Positions 1 to 8,318 of a stretch of DNA of 24,704 nt are shown in pieces (the stretch's first letter is position 1; the number at the start of each line of letters is the position of its first letter). Where the stretch lies: positions 1 through 24,704 of IMG/VR virus record IMGVR_UViG_3300037506_000050; one strand, 5' to 3'. The stretch is from a virus. Taxonomy: Duplodnaviria > Caudoviricetes. The translations under genes and the position numbers were made by a program. Under the pieces are notes generated by a model. It had not been told where the DNA came from and searched no databases. It saw only the letters and a program-made list of their open reading frames with translations.

Positions 1-2
1 AT

Positions 3-185
3 TGGTCCAGCTGCCCGTGCCAGCTGGTTGCTCTGCTCGCCGAGGCGGTCGCGGAACTGCGTGACTACCAGCTGCAGGGCCAGCGCCTGTGGGCCCTGTC
101 CCAGCGGGTCGACGAGACCACCGCCGCCCTCGTCAGGGTGCTGGAGCGGGAGTGCAGCGCGCCGAAAGCGAAGAGCCGGTCCTGA
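3..185 (+). CDS. 3' end of a hypothetical protein (5'-truncated by the window)
   Basis: Frame 3 is open from the window edge (WSSCPCQLVALLAEAVAELRDYQLQ...KSRS) to TGA 183-185, with GC3-rich codons. Confidence 0.6.
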   Translation, partial: WSSCPCQLVALLAEAVAELRDYQLQGQRLWALSQRVDETTAALVRVLERECSAPKAKSRS

Positions 186-221
186 TATGCGCCGGTTATG
201 CGTTGGTTGTTTCCCTTGACA

Positions 222-230
222 TGGTAGTAT
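222..230 (+). promoter_or_regulatory. Possible extended -10 promoter (TGgTAGTAT) for a leaderless terS transcript
   Basis: TGn-TAGTAT ends 6 nt before GTG 237, which has no Shine-Dalgarno. This is typical leaderless geometry (inference). Confidence 0.35.
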
Positions 231-236
231 CGCCGC

Positions 237-905
237 GTGGGCAGATGTGGGGCGCCAGACAAGATCGACTGGGAGGCCGCGCGCGAAGAGTGGCTGCTGC
301 GGAACAATGACCGGCGCGTGCGCTATACCTACGGGCAGCTGGCCACCGCCTATGGCGTGAGTGAGCGGCGGGTGAAGCAGCGGGCGTCCAAGGAGAAGTG
401 GGAGATGCTGCTGGAGATGCGCCGCCGTGGTATCGACCCGCAGGCGGGGCTCCCGGGCTCGGCGGTCGCTGAGCTGATCCTGCCGGAATACGTGGTGTTC
501 AACGAGCTGGAGGTGCGCATCCGGCAGGCGAGCTTTGCCCGGGCGGCATCGGCGCTCGGCATCGAGCGGCTGAAGATCGCTGGCGTCGAGGAGCTGACCA
601 TCAATCAGGCTATCGAGTTGCTGCGGCTCGGTCTGCAGGAAGAGCGCAAGGCGCTTGGCATACCGGATGAGTTTCGTGTTCAGAAGCGCAGCGAGGATGA
701 ATACACCGACGAGGACATGCGGCAACTGGCCGGGGAGATGATCCACCTGATGCGCCAGTCGGATGGAGTCTATGCAGAATCTAACTCACCAGCTGACGTT
801 GTCGGAGGCGCAGATTCGGGAGTTCCTGCAGTCGCCACGCTACCGGCAGCTGCGAGCGAGGCGGGACCCGTCGCCACACGTTCGCCTCGACGCGCTCGAC
901 GATAA
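237..905 (+). CDS. terS: Terminase small subunit (N-terminal HTH)
   Basis: IDWEAAREEW...TYGQLATAYGVSERRVKQRASKEKW is an HTH typical of TerS, and the gene lies directly upstream of and overlaps terL. Confidence 0.75.
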   Translation: MGRCGAPDKIDWEAAREEWLLRNNDRRVRYTYGQLATAYGVSERRVKQRASKEKWEMLLEMRRRGIDPQAGLPGSAVAELILPEYVVFNELEVRIRQASFARAASALGIERLKIAGVEELTINQAIELLRLGLQEERKALGIPDEFRVQKRSEDEYTDEDMRQLAGEMIHLMRQSDGVYAESNSPADVVGGADSGVPAVATLPAAASEAGPVATRSPRRARR

Positions 906-2709
906 CTGGGTCAGGCTGCATCAGGGCAAGCCGACCCGATGGCGGTACTTGCCGGTCACGCCACGGCGGTTCTTCACGAGCGAGCACTACGTGGCCAACC
1001 CGGGGGCGATCTGGCCGGCGCTGGTCAATGAGCTGTGCGAGATCAACAGCGGCCGGTATCAGGAGCTGGTCGCCACGGGCGGGATCGGTGCTGGCAAGAC
1101 GTCGATCAGCCTGTTCACGATCATGTACCAGCTCTACCTGGTGCTGTGCATGCGCAGCCCGCATGAGGAGTTCGGGCTCGACCCGGCGCACGAGATCGTG
1201 GTCATTTTTCAGAGCCGCACGGCACGGCTGGCCAATGACGTCGTGTTCAGCCGGTTCTACGAGATGGTGGCCACGAGCCAGTGGTTCCAGCGGTACGCGC
1301 CGCATGACCCGGACCTGCGAGCCACGCTGCGGTTCCTGCACCATCGGTTGGAGGTCGGCTCGGTGTCCGGGCAGGCCACGGCGGCGCTCGGTCGCAACGT
1401 CATCTTCGGCATCCTGTCGGAGGTCAACGACATGCTCCGGGTGGAGAAGTCCCGGCAGGTGCTGAGCGGCGGGGAATACGATCAGGTGTGGGCGTTGTAC
1501 AACGCCATCAGCCGGCGGCGCAAGACCCGGTTCGCGAAGAACGGTCGGCTGCCCGGGGTGATGTGCCTCGATGGGTCTCGCAAGTACCCGGGGGAGTTCA
1601 CCGACCTCAAGGAGCAGGAGGCCCGGACTGATCCGACCATCTACGTGTATTCGCGGCGTGCGTGGGAAGTGAAGCCGGTTGGGACGTTCTCCGAGCAGCG
1701 GTTCCTGTTCTTCGCTGGCGACCCGATTCGCCTGCCGCATGTGATCGAGGACGGCGAGCGGGTGATGCCCGGGGATCAGGCGCTGGTCCACGAGGTGCCG
1801 GTCGACTTCCTGCAGGAGTGTCGCCGTGACCCGGTTAACGCCAGCCGGGACATTCTCGGCATCGCCACGCTGGCTCGGCATCCGTTTTTCCGTGAGACCG
1901 AGGCGGTGGCCGCCTGCTTCGGGCGGGTGCGCAGCATCGTCTCGCATACCGAGGTGGATCTGGAGTCGGAGCGTATCGAGGCGTACCCGGACCGGGTGGA
2001 GTCGCCTGAGGAACCGCGCTGGGCCCACATCGACGTCGGCCTGACCGGTGACGCGCTGGGGCTCGTGGTCGGGCACTGCGCGGGGTTCGTCCCGGTCTCC
2101 CGTGGGAACCGTGTGGAGGTGTTGCCACGGCTCGTGGTGGACTTCGCCCTGCGGGTGGTCCCGCCACGGCGTGGGGAGATCCAGCTGTGGAGGGTGCGCC
2201 AGATGCTGCTGGGCTTGCGAGACCTTGGCCTGCCGCTGCAGTGGGTGAGCCTCGACAGTTTCCAGTCGGCCGACACCATCCAGCTGTTACGGCAGGAGGG
2301 CTTGCGGGCCGGGGTGATCTCGGCGGATCGCGATGAAGTGTCCTACCGCTACCTGAAGGCGGCGATCTATGACCACCGGTTGGAGGTGCCGGAGCATCCG
2401 TGGCTGCTGCGCGAGCTGCTGGCGCTGGAGCAGGACCCGGTGAAGGCGAAAATTGACCATCCGGCAAGTGGCAGTAAGGACGTGGCTGATGCACTGGCGT
2501 GCATGGTGCGCGGCCTGCATGCCCAGCCGGAGCTGTGGTCACGGCATGACGTGGACGTGCGCAGCCTCCACGAAGAGCACGCGCGGATTGCCCCGGCGGG
2601 TGATCGGTCGATCACGGCTGGCGGAGAGCGGTTCTCGCTCGATACGGGGGGCGCGCGGCTAACGGAGCATCCGCTCCAGCGGCGTCGGGAGGAAGCGCAG
2701 GGGGAATAG
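772..2709 (+). CDS. terL: Terminase large subunit
   Basis: Walker A ATGGIGAGKT, variant Walker B GILSEVN, and RNase H-like nuclease motifs HIDVG, SLDSFQS, DHPASGSKDVADA. GGAG RBS favours ATG 772 over 763. Confidence 0.93.
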   Translation: MQNLTHQLTLSEAQIREFLQSPRYRQLRARRDPSPHVRLDALDDNWVRLHQGKPTRWRYLPVTPRRFFTSEHYVANPGAIWPALVNELCEINSGRYQELVATGGIGAGKTSISLFTIMYQLYLVLCMRSPHEEFGLDPAHEIVVIFQSRTARLANDVVFSRFYEMVATSQWFQRYAPHDPDLRATLRFLHHRLEVGSVSGQATAALGRNVIFGILSEVNDMLRVEKSRQVLSGGEYDQVWALYNAISRRRKTRFAKNGRLPGVMCLDGSRKYPGEFTDLKEQEARTDPTIYVYSRRAWEVKPVGTFSEQRFLFFAGDPIRLPHVIEDGERVMPGDQALVHEVPVDFLQECRRDPVNASRDILGIATLARHPFFRETEAVAACFGRVRSIVSHTEVDLESERIEAYPDRVESPEEPRWAHIDVGLTGDALGLVVGHCAGFVPVSRGNRVEVLPRLVVDFALRVVPPRRGEIQLWRVRQMLLGLRDLGLPLQWVSLDSFQSADTIQLLRQEGLRAGVISADRDEVSYRYLKAAIYDHRLEVPEHPWLLRELLALEQDPVKAKIDHPASGSKDVADALACMVRGLHAQPELWSRHDVDVRSLHEEHARIAPAGDRSITAGGERFSLDTGGARLTEHPLQRRREEAQGE

Positions 2710-2710
2710 A

Positions 2711-2731
2711 TTTCCCGGTCAGAACGGGAAA
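2711..2731. promoter_or_regulatory. 21-bp palindrome copy 1 (TTTCCCGGTCAGAACGGGAAA)
   Basis: Inverted repeat also present at 13724, 18321 and 21394; lies just after the terL stop. Confidence 0.75.
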
Positions 2732-2744
2732 AGTCATGGCTTGC

Positions 2745-2762
2745 GGTTGGAGGCCGTAGGCT
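2745..2762 (+). promoter_or_regulatory. Putative late promoter GGTTGGAGG-ccg-TAGGCT
   Basis: The same motif with the same internal spacing recurs upstream of several virion genes. Confidence 0.65.
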
Positions 2763-2816
2763 GCTGTGCAGGACGCACCCCGTGGTGGGGTTCAGATCCA
2801 AACAGGAGCACACAAC

Positions 2817-3998
2817 ATGGCAACGCGAGCATCGGCACTGCAACACGTGCCTTCGGATACAGGTCTCGGCATGCTGCTGAGGGGCCTTTGCGAAGCAACC
2901 AACAGCGGCCGGGAGTCCTGCATTCTGTCCATCGGTGGCGTTGTGGCTGATGCCGAGACGTTCACGCTGGGCAGCAAGACCTACGAGCTGATGGTGGTGG
3001 ACACCGCCGGTATCGCGCTGGCCAACCCCGGTGGCGGGCTGGGCGTGTCCGCAGCTGCGACGGACGCTACGTTTGCCTCGGCGCACGGCCTGTCGGTCGG
3101 CGAGGTTATCCGTATTGAGTCGGAGTTCTGCAAGGTCAGCGAGGTGCTGTCGACCACGTCGGTGCGGCTGGTGCGCGGCTATGCTGGTTCGACGGCGGCG
3201 ACGCATGCCGACAACACGGCGACGAAGATCGTGGCCTCGCATCGGCTGCCGGTGGCTGGGCGGATTGCCGTGCCGGTCTGGGATGTCGCTGGTGGCGGCA
3301 CGATCACGGCGGGTGAAGCGGACGACCTTGTCATCGCCGCGATCAACTACTTCGGCGTGACCGAGAAGCGCAACACGGCCCGGGCGACGCTCGGGGCCAA
3401 TAACGACGTGCATATTTCACGGGCGTACGGTGAGGACGCTGGTATTGCGCTCGGCATCAACGTCGGGACCGGTGGGATCGACGATTCCGCCACGGCGTTG
3501 CCGATCAGTTCGGATGCGAGTGGGGTGGCGGTCGGCGACTACCTGAAGGTCGAAAGTGAGTACGTGAAGGTCACGGCTATTGCCGCCTTCAAGCAGCTGA
3601 CGGTGGCCCGGGCCCAGCTCGGCTCGTCGGCAGCGGCGCATGCCGCCGGCACGGCGATCATGAGGGTCGCGTACTGGAACAGCGAGACCATGGCCAACGG
3701 CACCATCACGCAGTTCTCGGGTGGTTGCGACGTCGCCGGTTTCAGGCGTGATGTGTGGTTCCGGGCGGTCATCGATGCGGAAGCCACGGCGGGCATCATC
3801 GTGTGCCACGTGGCCGGTACCGTCAAGGGGGTGGCAGCGCGCGTGTTCGATGCGTCGGCGGGGTGGGCAGCCATGACGGATGTGACCGCTCCTGTGGTGG
3901 CTGGCACGAACAACGCACCGGCTGAGGTGACCGTGACGGAAGGCGCGACGGCTTGGGCAGCGGGGGACTACGTGTTCCTTGAGGTCTGGTACGTCTGA
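2817..3998 (+). CDS. Putative virion structural/decoration protein with two internal repeats
   Basis: AGGAG RBS before ATG 2817; Ala/Gly/Thr/Val-rich; two copies of VG..I.[IV]ESE..KV...[LT]V.R[GA]..GS.AA.HA, a repeat seen in phage structural proteins; own promoter motif and terminator. Confidence 0.65.
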   Translation: MATRASALQHVPSDTGLGMLLRGLCEATNSGRESCILSIGGVVADAETFTLGSKTYELMVVDTAGIALANPGGGLGVSAAATDATFASAHGLSVGEVIRIESEFCKVSEVLSTTSVRLVRGYAGSTAATHADNTATKIVASHRLPVAGRIAVPVWDVAGGGTITAGEADDLVIAAINYFGVTEKRNTARATLGANNDVHISRAYGEDAGIALGINVGTGGIDDSATALPISSDASGVAVGDYLKVESEYVKVTAIAAFKQLTVARAQLGSSAAAHAAGTAIMRVAYWNSETMANGTITQFSGGCDVAGFRRDVWFRAVIDAEATAGIIVCHVAGTVKGVAARVFDASAGWAAMTDVTAPVVAGTNNAPAEVTVTEGATAWAAGDYVFLEVWYV

Positions 3999-4040
3999 AG
4001 TAGCGTCAGCGTCGTGATCCTCCGCGTCGCTGCGCCGGTT

Positions 4041-4077
4041 GGCCCCCGGTCAGAGCTGCTGGCGCGGGGGCCCTTTT
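4041..4077 (+). terminator. Rho-independent terminator
   Basis: GGCCCCCG-GTCAG...CTGGC-G-CGGGGGCC stem followed by CTTTT, downstream of the 2817 gene. Confidence 0.6.
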
Positions 4078-4078
4078 C

Positions 4079-4315
4079 ATGATGCGGCTGGAGTTGCACA
4101 GGCGGGACGTGGGCGGGGCGCTGTACCGGGATGGGCCGCGCATCCTGACTGTGCGAGGGCGCCAGCTGGAGGTGCGGGCGGTGACGCTCAGCTGTCCGGT
4201 GTCGCCGGCACAGCCGATGGTCAGCGCAGAGATCGTGGACCCCTATACCGGAGGCGTTGAGGTGAGGGAGTGGTCGGTGGGCGAGCTGCACGTGTACGTC
4301 GAGGGGGAGCCGTGA
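4079..4315 (+). CDS. Hypothetical protein
   Basis: 78-aa ORF with phage-like codon usage; GTGA overlap with the next gene. Confidence 0.6.
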   Translation: MMRLELHRRDVGGALYRDGPRILTVRGRQLEVRAVTLSCPVSPAQPMVSAEIVDPYTGGVEVREWSVGELHVYVEGEP

Positions 4316-5553
4316 TCCCGGCGGCGCAGGAAAACGCACTGGCGGAGGCGGCCCGCCGGGCCGGGCAGTACGCGCTGGCCATGCGGCACGCGGCACAGGC
4401 GGTCCGGTACAGCCCGGAGAACCCCACGGCGTGGTGGGCCCTGTCGGCGGATCTATGGCGCGGAGGTCAGTTAGAGGAGGCCCTGACGGCGCTCAGCCGT
4501 GGGCTGGCCTGTAACCCCGGGACCCGGGACGAGATCGTGGCGAAGATGCTCGTCGAGCGGGCCCACGTGCTGAGCCTGATGAACCGTTGCGAGGACGCGT
4601 TGGAGTCGGCTCAGGCGGCCGTACGGCATGATCCGGGCTGTCAGCTGGCACGCTGGTATGGGGCTATGATGCGGCTTGCCATGGGCGATTACGCGCAGGG
4701 CTGGCGCGAGTACGAGGTGCGGCTGCGTATGGCGGGCTACTCGCACCGGCCGCAGCGTTCCCGGGTGCCGCTGTTGTCGCCCGGGGAGGCGGTGGCCGGC
4801 AAGCGTGTGCTCGTGTGGGGCGAGCAGGGCTATGGCGATACGCTGCAGTTTGTGCGTTACGTGCGGTGGCTGGTCGACCGTGGGGCCGAGGTCGTGCTCG
4901 GCGTGGCGCCGGCTTTAATCCAGTTGTTCCGGACGAGCTTCCCGGGCGTGGAGGTCACCCCGTATCGAGATGCCGTGGTGCAGGTGGATCGGCGGGTCGG
5001 TCTCATGTCCCTGCCGTACCTGTCGGGTACCACGGTGGACACCGTGCCAGAGGCGGCGGGGTACCTACAGGCGCAGCCGGAGCGGGTCGCGCACTGGCTG
5101 GACTGGCTGGGGGCGGGGCGCTGGGTGGGTGTGACGTGGGCCGGTTCGGGTCGGCATGACCGGGACTGGCAGCGTTCGATCCCAATCGCCAGCTTCGCCC
5201 CGCTGTTCGATGTGCCCGGAGTGCAGTTCGTGTGCCTGCAGCCGGAGGTGGACCGGTCCGGGCTGCCGTCGCAGGTGCGGGTGCCGGAGCTTGGCGACTG
5301 GGCCGATACGGCGGCGCTGCTCATGGCGTGCGAGCAGGTGGTCAGTGTCGACACCGCGGTGGCCCATCTGGCAGGTGGGCTCGGGCAACGCACTACGGTG
5401 CTGCTGCCGTGGGCGGCGGAGTGGCGGTGGATGCGGGAGCTGGGAGACACGCCGTGGTATCGCTCGATGCGGCTGCTGCGCCAGCCTGATCCCGGGAACT
5501 GGTCGGCGGTGATCGAGCGAGCCGCGGAGCAGCTGGCCGGTGGACGGGGTTAA
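4312..5553 (+). CDS. TPR-repeat / glycosyltransferase family 9-like protein
   Basis: N-terminal TPR helices followed by LVWGEQGYGDTLQFVRY, VSVDTAVAHLAGGLG and WRW...TPWY.SMRLLRQ; GGAG RBS before GTG 4312. Confidence 0.85.
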   Translation: MIPAAQENALAEAARRAGQYALAMRHAAQAVRYSPENPTAWWALSADLWRGGQLEEALTALSRGLACNPGTRDEIVAKMLVERAHVLSLMNRCEDALESAQAAVRHDPGCQLARWYGAMMRLAMGDYAQGWREYEVRLRMAGYSHRPQRSRVPLLSPGEAVAGKRVLVWGEQGYGDTLQFVRYVRWLVDRGAEVVLGVAPALIQLFRTSFPGVEVTPYRDAVVQVDRRVGLMSLPYLSGTTVDTVPEAAGYLQAQPERVAHWLDWLGAGRWVGVTWAGSGRHDRDWQRSIPIASFAPLFDVPGVQFVCLQPEVDRSGLPSQVRVPELGDWADTAALLMACEQVVSVDTAVAHLAGGLGQRTTVLLPWAAEWRWMRELGDTPWYRSMRLLRQPDPGNWSAVIERAAEQLAGGRG

Positions 5554-5800
5554 GTGGCTGCTGATCACGTGGTGGGTGGTCTTGGTTGGTTTCTCGGTGT
5601 GGGTGCTGGCAGACTCATTGTTGCTCCGATGGAGCAGACGGGGGTTGGTGATGCGGAAGAAAAAAGTGAAGCGCAAGGGTACGGTGCGGAAGGGCGCGGC
5701 ACGCTCGGCGGTGTCCGGGGAGTTCGTGTCCCGGGAGTATGCGGAGCAGCACCCGAAGACGACGGTGGTCGAGAGGCGGCATCGGCGTCAGGGGCGGTGA
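5540..5800 (+). CDS. Small protein: hydrophobic N-terminus plus basic C-terminal RSAVSGEFVSREYAEQHPKTT module (alternative start 5651)
   Basis: The C-terminus matches a small phage peptide pattern R.A..G.FV...YA..HP.TT..E; start uncertain. Confidence 0.55.
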   Translation: MDGVKWLLITWWVVLVGFSVWVLADSLLLRWSRRGLVMRKKKVKRKGTVRKGAARSAVSGEFVSREYAEQHPKTTVVERRHRRQGR

Positions 5801-5809
5801 GGTTGTGGT

Positions 5810-6283
5810 GTGGCGAACGGCAACGACAGGGCGGTGGACGAGCGGGACATCTACGCGCGGCTGTCGCATGTCGAGCGGGACGTCACGGCGCTCGCGGCCA
5901 AGTTCGCCACGTTCTCGGAGGACATCGAGCGGCGGCTGAGCGAGAACACCGCCTCGATCAAGGGGGCTCTCGCTGATCTGCAGGTTGATGTTCGTGCGGC
6001 TCGCCAGCCGGTCTCGTGGGTGCCGCTCGGCGTGCTGCTGATCTCCACGCTGGTGGCTGGGGGGACCTACGTCGAGACGCGAATACGCCCGCTCGAGGAG
6101 TTGAATGAGATGTCGTCGTCGCGGATAGCCGGGATGGAGCTGCGCGAGGGGGATCGCCGTGAGGCGATGGGTTACCTGCGCGGTTGGCAGGAGGCGAATG
6201 TTGCCCGACTGAGGGAGCTGGAAGGGTGGCAGAGCATGATGAATGCGGAAGCCCAGCAGCGCCTGCATGGTGACGGTAGGTAG
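5810..6283 (+). CDS. Coiled-coil protein with one transmembrane segment (possibly lysis-related)
   Basis: Heptad-rich N-terminus and hydrophobic VPLGVLLISTLVAGG; GAGG RBS. Confidence 0.6.
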   Translation: MANGNDRAVDERDIYARLSHVERDVTALAAKFATFSEDIERRLSENTASIKGALADLQVDVRAARQPVSWVPLGVLLISTLVAGGTYVETRIRPLEELNEMSSSRIAGMELREGDRREAMGYLRGWQEANVARLRELEGWQSMMNAEAQQRLHGDGR

Positions 6284-6286
6284 CTG

Positions 6287-6727
6287 GTGCATCGCCTCAT
6301 ACTGCTGCTGCTCGATGATGCAGGACTCGGTCAGGAGTGCCTGCTGCAGCCTGACCCTGTTGGGGGGGCCGGGCACCGTCTGTGGGAGGCTTTGCGGGCG
6401 GTGAGACCGGACTTCACGAGCGATGAGTACCGGAGCCGGTTCGAGCCGCGCACGTTGCTGCAGTACCCGGCGCGTGTTGGGCAGCGGCGGATGGCGTTAT
6501 TGCGGTTGGTCAGTGGTCTCGGTGGTCGGCCGCTGGTGGTCATTGGTACGGCGATGCGGGATGCAGCCGGGCTGACCCGGGCTCTGCCGTGCGAACCGGT
6601 TCACACGCAGCATGGGGATATGGTGTGGTTGCCGTTCCCTTCGGGACGTAATCGTTGGTGGTCGGTGGAGGTAAACCGCGTTGGTGCGGCGTTGTATCTG
6701 CTGGGCGCGTTGGAGGGGCTAGAGTAG
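6287..6727 (+). CDS. Degenerate uracil-DNA-glycosylase-like protein
   Basis: GGAGHRL, RPLVVIG and LPFPSGRNRWW resemble UDG-superfamily elements (LPHPSGRNRW), but the His is replaced by Phe. Confidence 0.5.
   Translation: MHRLILLLLDDAGLGQECLLQPDPVGGAGHRLWEALRAVRPDFTSDEYRSRFEPRTLLQYPARVGQRRMALLRLVSGLGGRPLVVIGTAMRDAAGLTRALPCEPVHTQHGDMVWLPFPSGRNRWWSVEVNRVGAALYLLGALEGLE
6708..6725 (+). promoter_or_regulatory. Putative late promoter cGTTGGAGG-ggc-TAGAGT
   Basis: Matches the recurrent motif; 24 nt upstream of ATG 6750. Confidence 0.55.
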
Positions 6728-6749
6728 AACCCGAGAGAGAGGTGACGTT

Positions 6750-7412
6750 ATGGCATACCTGACAACGGCGGCCACGTTCCGCCCGACCTTCAGTGTTGAC
6801 CCGTTGACTGGTGGTTTGGTCGCGGGTCCTGTGACTGGGCGTGGCACGGTGGTGTTCACGGCCAGTGACGCCACGCATGCAGCGGTCAACATCGCGACCA
6901 CGGCCGGGGTAAATGGCACCTCGTATCCGCTGTACACGCGCGCCAGTGGCAGTTGGATCACGGACGGGTTCGTCGTGGGCGATTACGTGCGGGTGACCGG
7001 TGCGGCGTCGGACGTGAACGGATCGACGGCGGCCCCGAAGGTCTGGCGCATCGCCAGCCTGACGGCGACGGTGATGGGCGTGGAAGGGACTGGGACCTCG
7101 GCGATCACGACGGTATCGGCCGCCGCGGGGATCACCGTCCGTAAGGTGCGGGTGTTCCGGGTGGCGGACCTGCGCTCGATCCATGGGGCGGCGCATCCGG
7201 TCACGTTGTGGGCGGCGTCGAGCACCAACCTCAGCGGCACCAAGCTGCAGGCGAGCCTCGATGATTGTCTGACCTTCGTCGACGTGCCGAACGTGATCCT
7301 GCCTGACACGAACAACAACAGCGCGCAGATGGTGAACTTTGTGATGGGCTACGAGGTGTTGCTGATGGTGGTCCCGGGCAACGTGGCCGGGCCGACGATC
7401 TACGCAGCCTAG
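6750..7412 (+). CDS. Putative virion structural protein
   Basis: GAGG RBS; Thr/Val/Gly-rich beta composition; DGFVVGDYVRVTGA...NG and LQASLDD..FVDV patterns are common in phage structural proteins. Confidence 0.6.
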   Translation: MAYLTTAATFRPTFSVDPLTGGLVAGPVTGRGTVVFTASDATHAAVNIATTAGVNGTSYPLYTRASGSWITDGFVVGDYVRVTGAASDVNGSTAAPKVWRIASLTATVMGVEGTGTSAITTVSAAAGITVRKVRVFRVADLRSIHGAAHPVTLWAASSTNLSGTKLQASLDDCLTFVDVPNVILPDTNNNSAQMVNFVMGYEVLLMVVPGNVAGPTIYAA

Positions 7413-7415
7413 CCC

Positions 7416-8318
7416 ATGACCGCGCAAGTTCCGTTCGCGGTGCCGTTTGCGTCTGCCGCGGCCTCCGGCAGTACCAAGCCGTGGTGGTCCTCCAGTGAGC
7501 AGAATGCGGCGCTGTGGCCCGCGCTCAAGCTCTGGTTCAGGTGCAATGACGGGCAGGGGGCGTTGCTCAAGGACTACGCCAAGCCAAGTGAGACCAGCGG
7601 CCTCGGCTCGAATTGCCCCGGCGGCGGGTTGACGATCAACAACTACGCCAGCGCGTGGGGGACGCCCGGCGGGTTTACCAGCAACTACGCCGGGCAGGTG
7701 TACGCTCGCAGCACCATGACTACATCGACGCAGATGGACATGCTGCTCGGCTACCGCAGCGTCATCATCGAGGTCGATGTGCAGGGCGGGTACACTGCCG
7801 GGTCGTACAATCGTTTCTTCCACTACGGGCGCGGCACTGGCGCGACGACGAACGCGGGCATCTGGCTGGGGTGCAGCGGCAGCAGTGGCACTACCGATAT
7901 GCGGGTGACCGGCGGCGCCAGTTCGCCGGTCTCGCTGTCGTTCACCACGGGCGGGCTGTATGATCCAGTGACGTCGGCTAACTTCACGTCGGCACGTAAG
8001 CACATCATGCTGGTATGGGACCGGACTGAGGGTGGTGCCGGGGCAGTGGGCATCTTCATTAATGGTGGATTGGCCTATTGGCAGGCACTGGCGTCCGATC
8101 CCGGCGCAGTGGACCTGACGTACAACGCAGACCGCACGCAGATATGCATAGGCTGCGCGCCGACCAATGATAGTGCGACTGGTGGGGCGATCGATGCGAC
8201 GTTCTACGAGGTGCGGATGTGGGCGCTGTCGGCATTACCGACTGATCTGGCCGCATTGGCCGTGACGCTCGCGGCGAATCCGCAGCGGCTGCCCGCCGCG
8301 CTGCAAGGAGCCGCGTGA
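7416..8318 (+). CDS. LamG/concanavalin A-like lectin-fold protein
   Basis: LKLWFRCNDGQG..LKDY, KHIMLVWDR...IFINGG and IDATFYEVRMWALSALP follow the LamG-like pattern. Confidence 0.7.
   Translation: MTAQVPFAVPFASAAASGSTKPWWSSSEQNAALWPALKLWFRCNDGQGALLKDYAKPSETSGLGSNCPGGGLTINNYASAWGTPGGFTSNYAGQVYARSTMTTSTQMDMLLGYRSVIIEVDVQGGYTAGSYNRFFHYGRGTGATTNAGIWLGCSGSSGTTDMRVTGGASSPVSLSFTTGGLYDPVTSANFTSARKHIMLVWDRTEGGAGAVGIFINGGLAYWQALASDPGAVDLTYNADRTQICIGCAPTNDSATGGAIDATFYEVRMWALSALPTDLAALAVTLAANPQRLPAALQGAA

Noticed and set aside
216-221. Perfect TTGACA -35 box
   Set aside because: No -10 hexamer at 16-18 nt spacing.
1346-2390. GGTTGGAGG copies inside terL (about 1347 and 2378)
   Set aside because: They encode Arg-Leu-Glu-Val and lack the TANNNT at +3.
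2745-2762. Promoter motif as a sigma54 -24/-12 site or as a Shine-Dalgarno
   Set aside because: GG-to-GC spacing is 9 rather than 10 and there is no TGGCAC; the GGAGG is too far from the starts, most of which have their own RBS.
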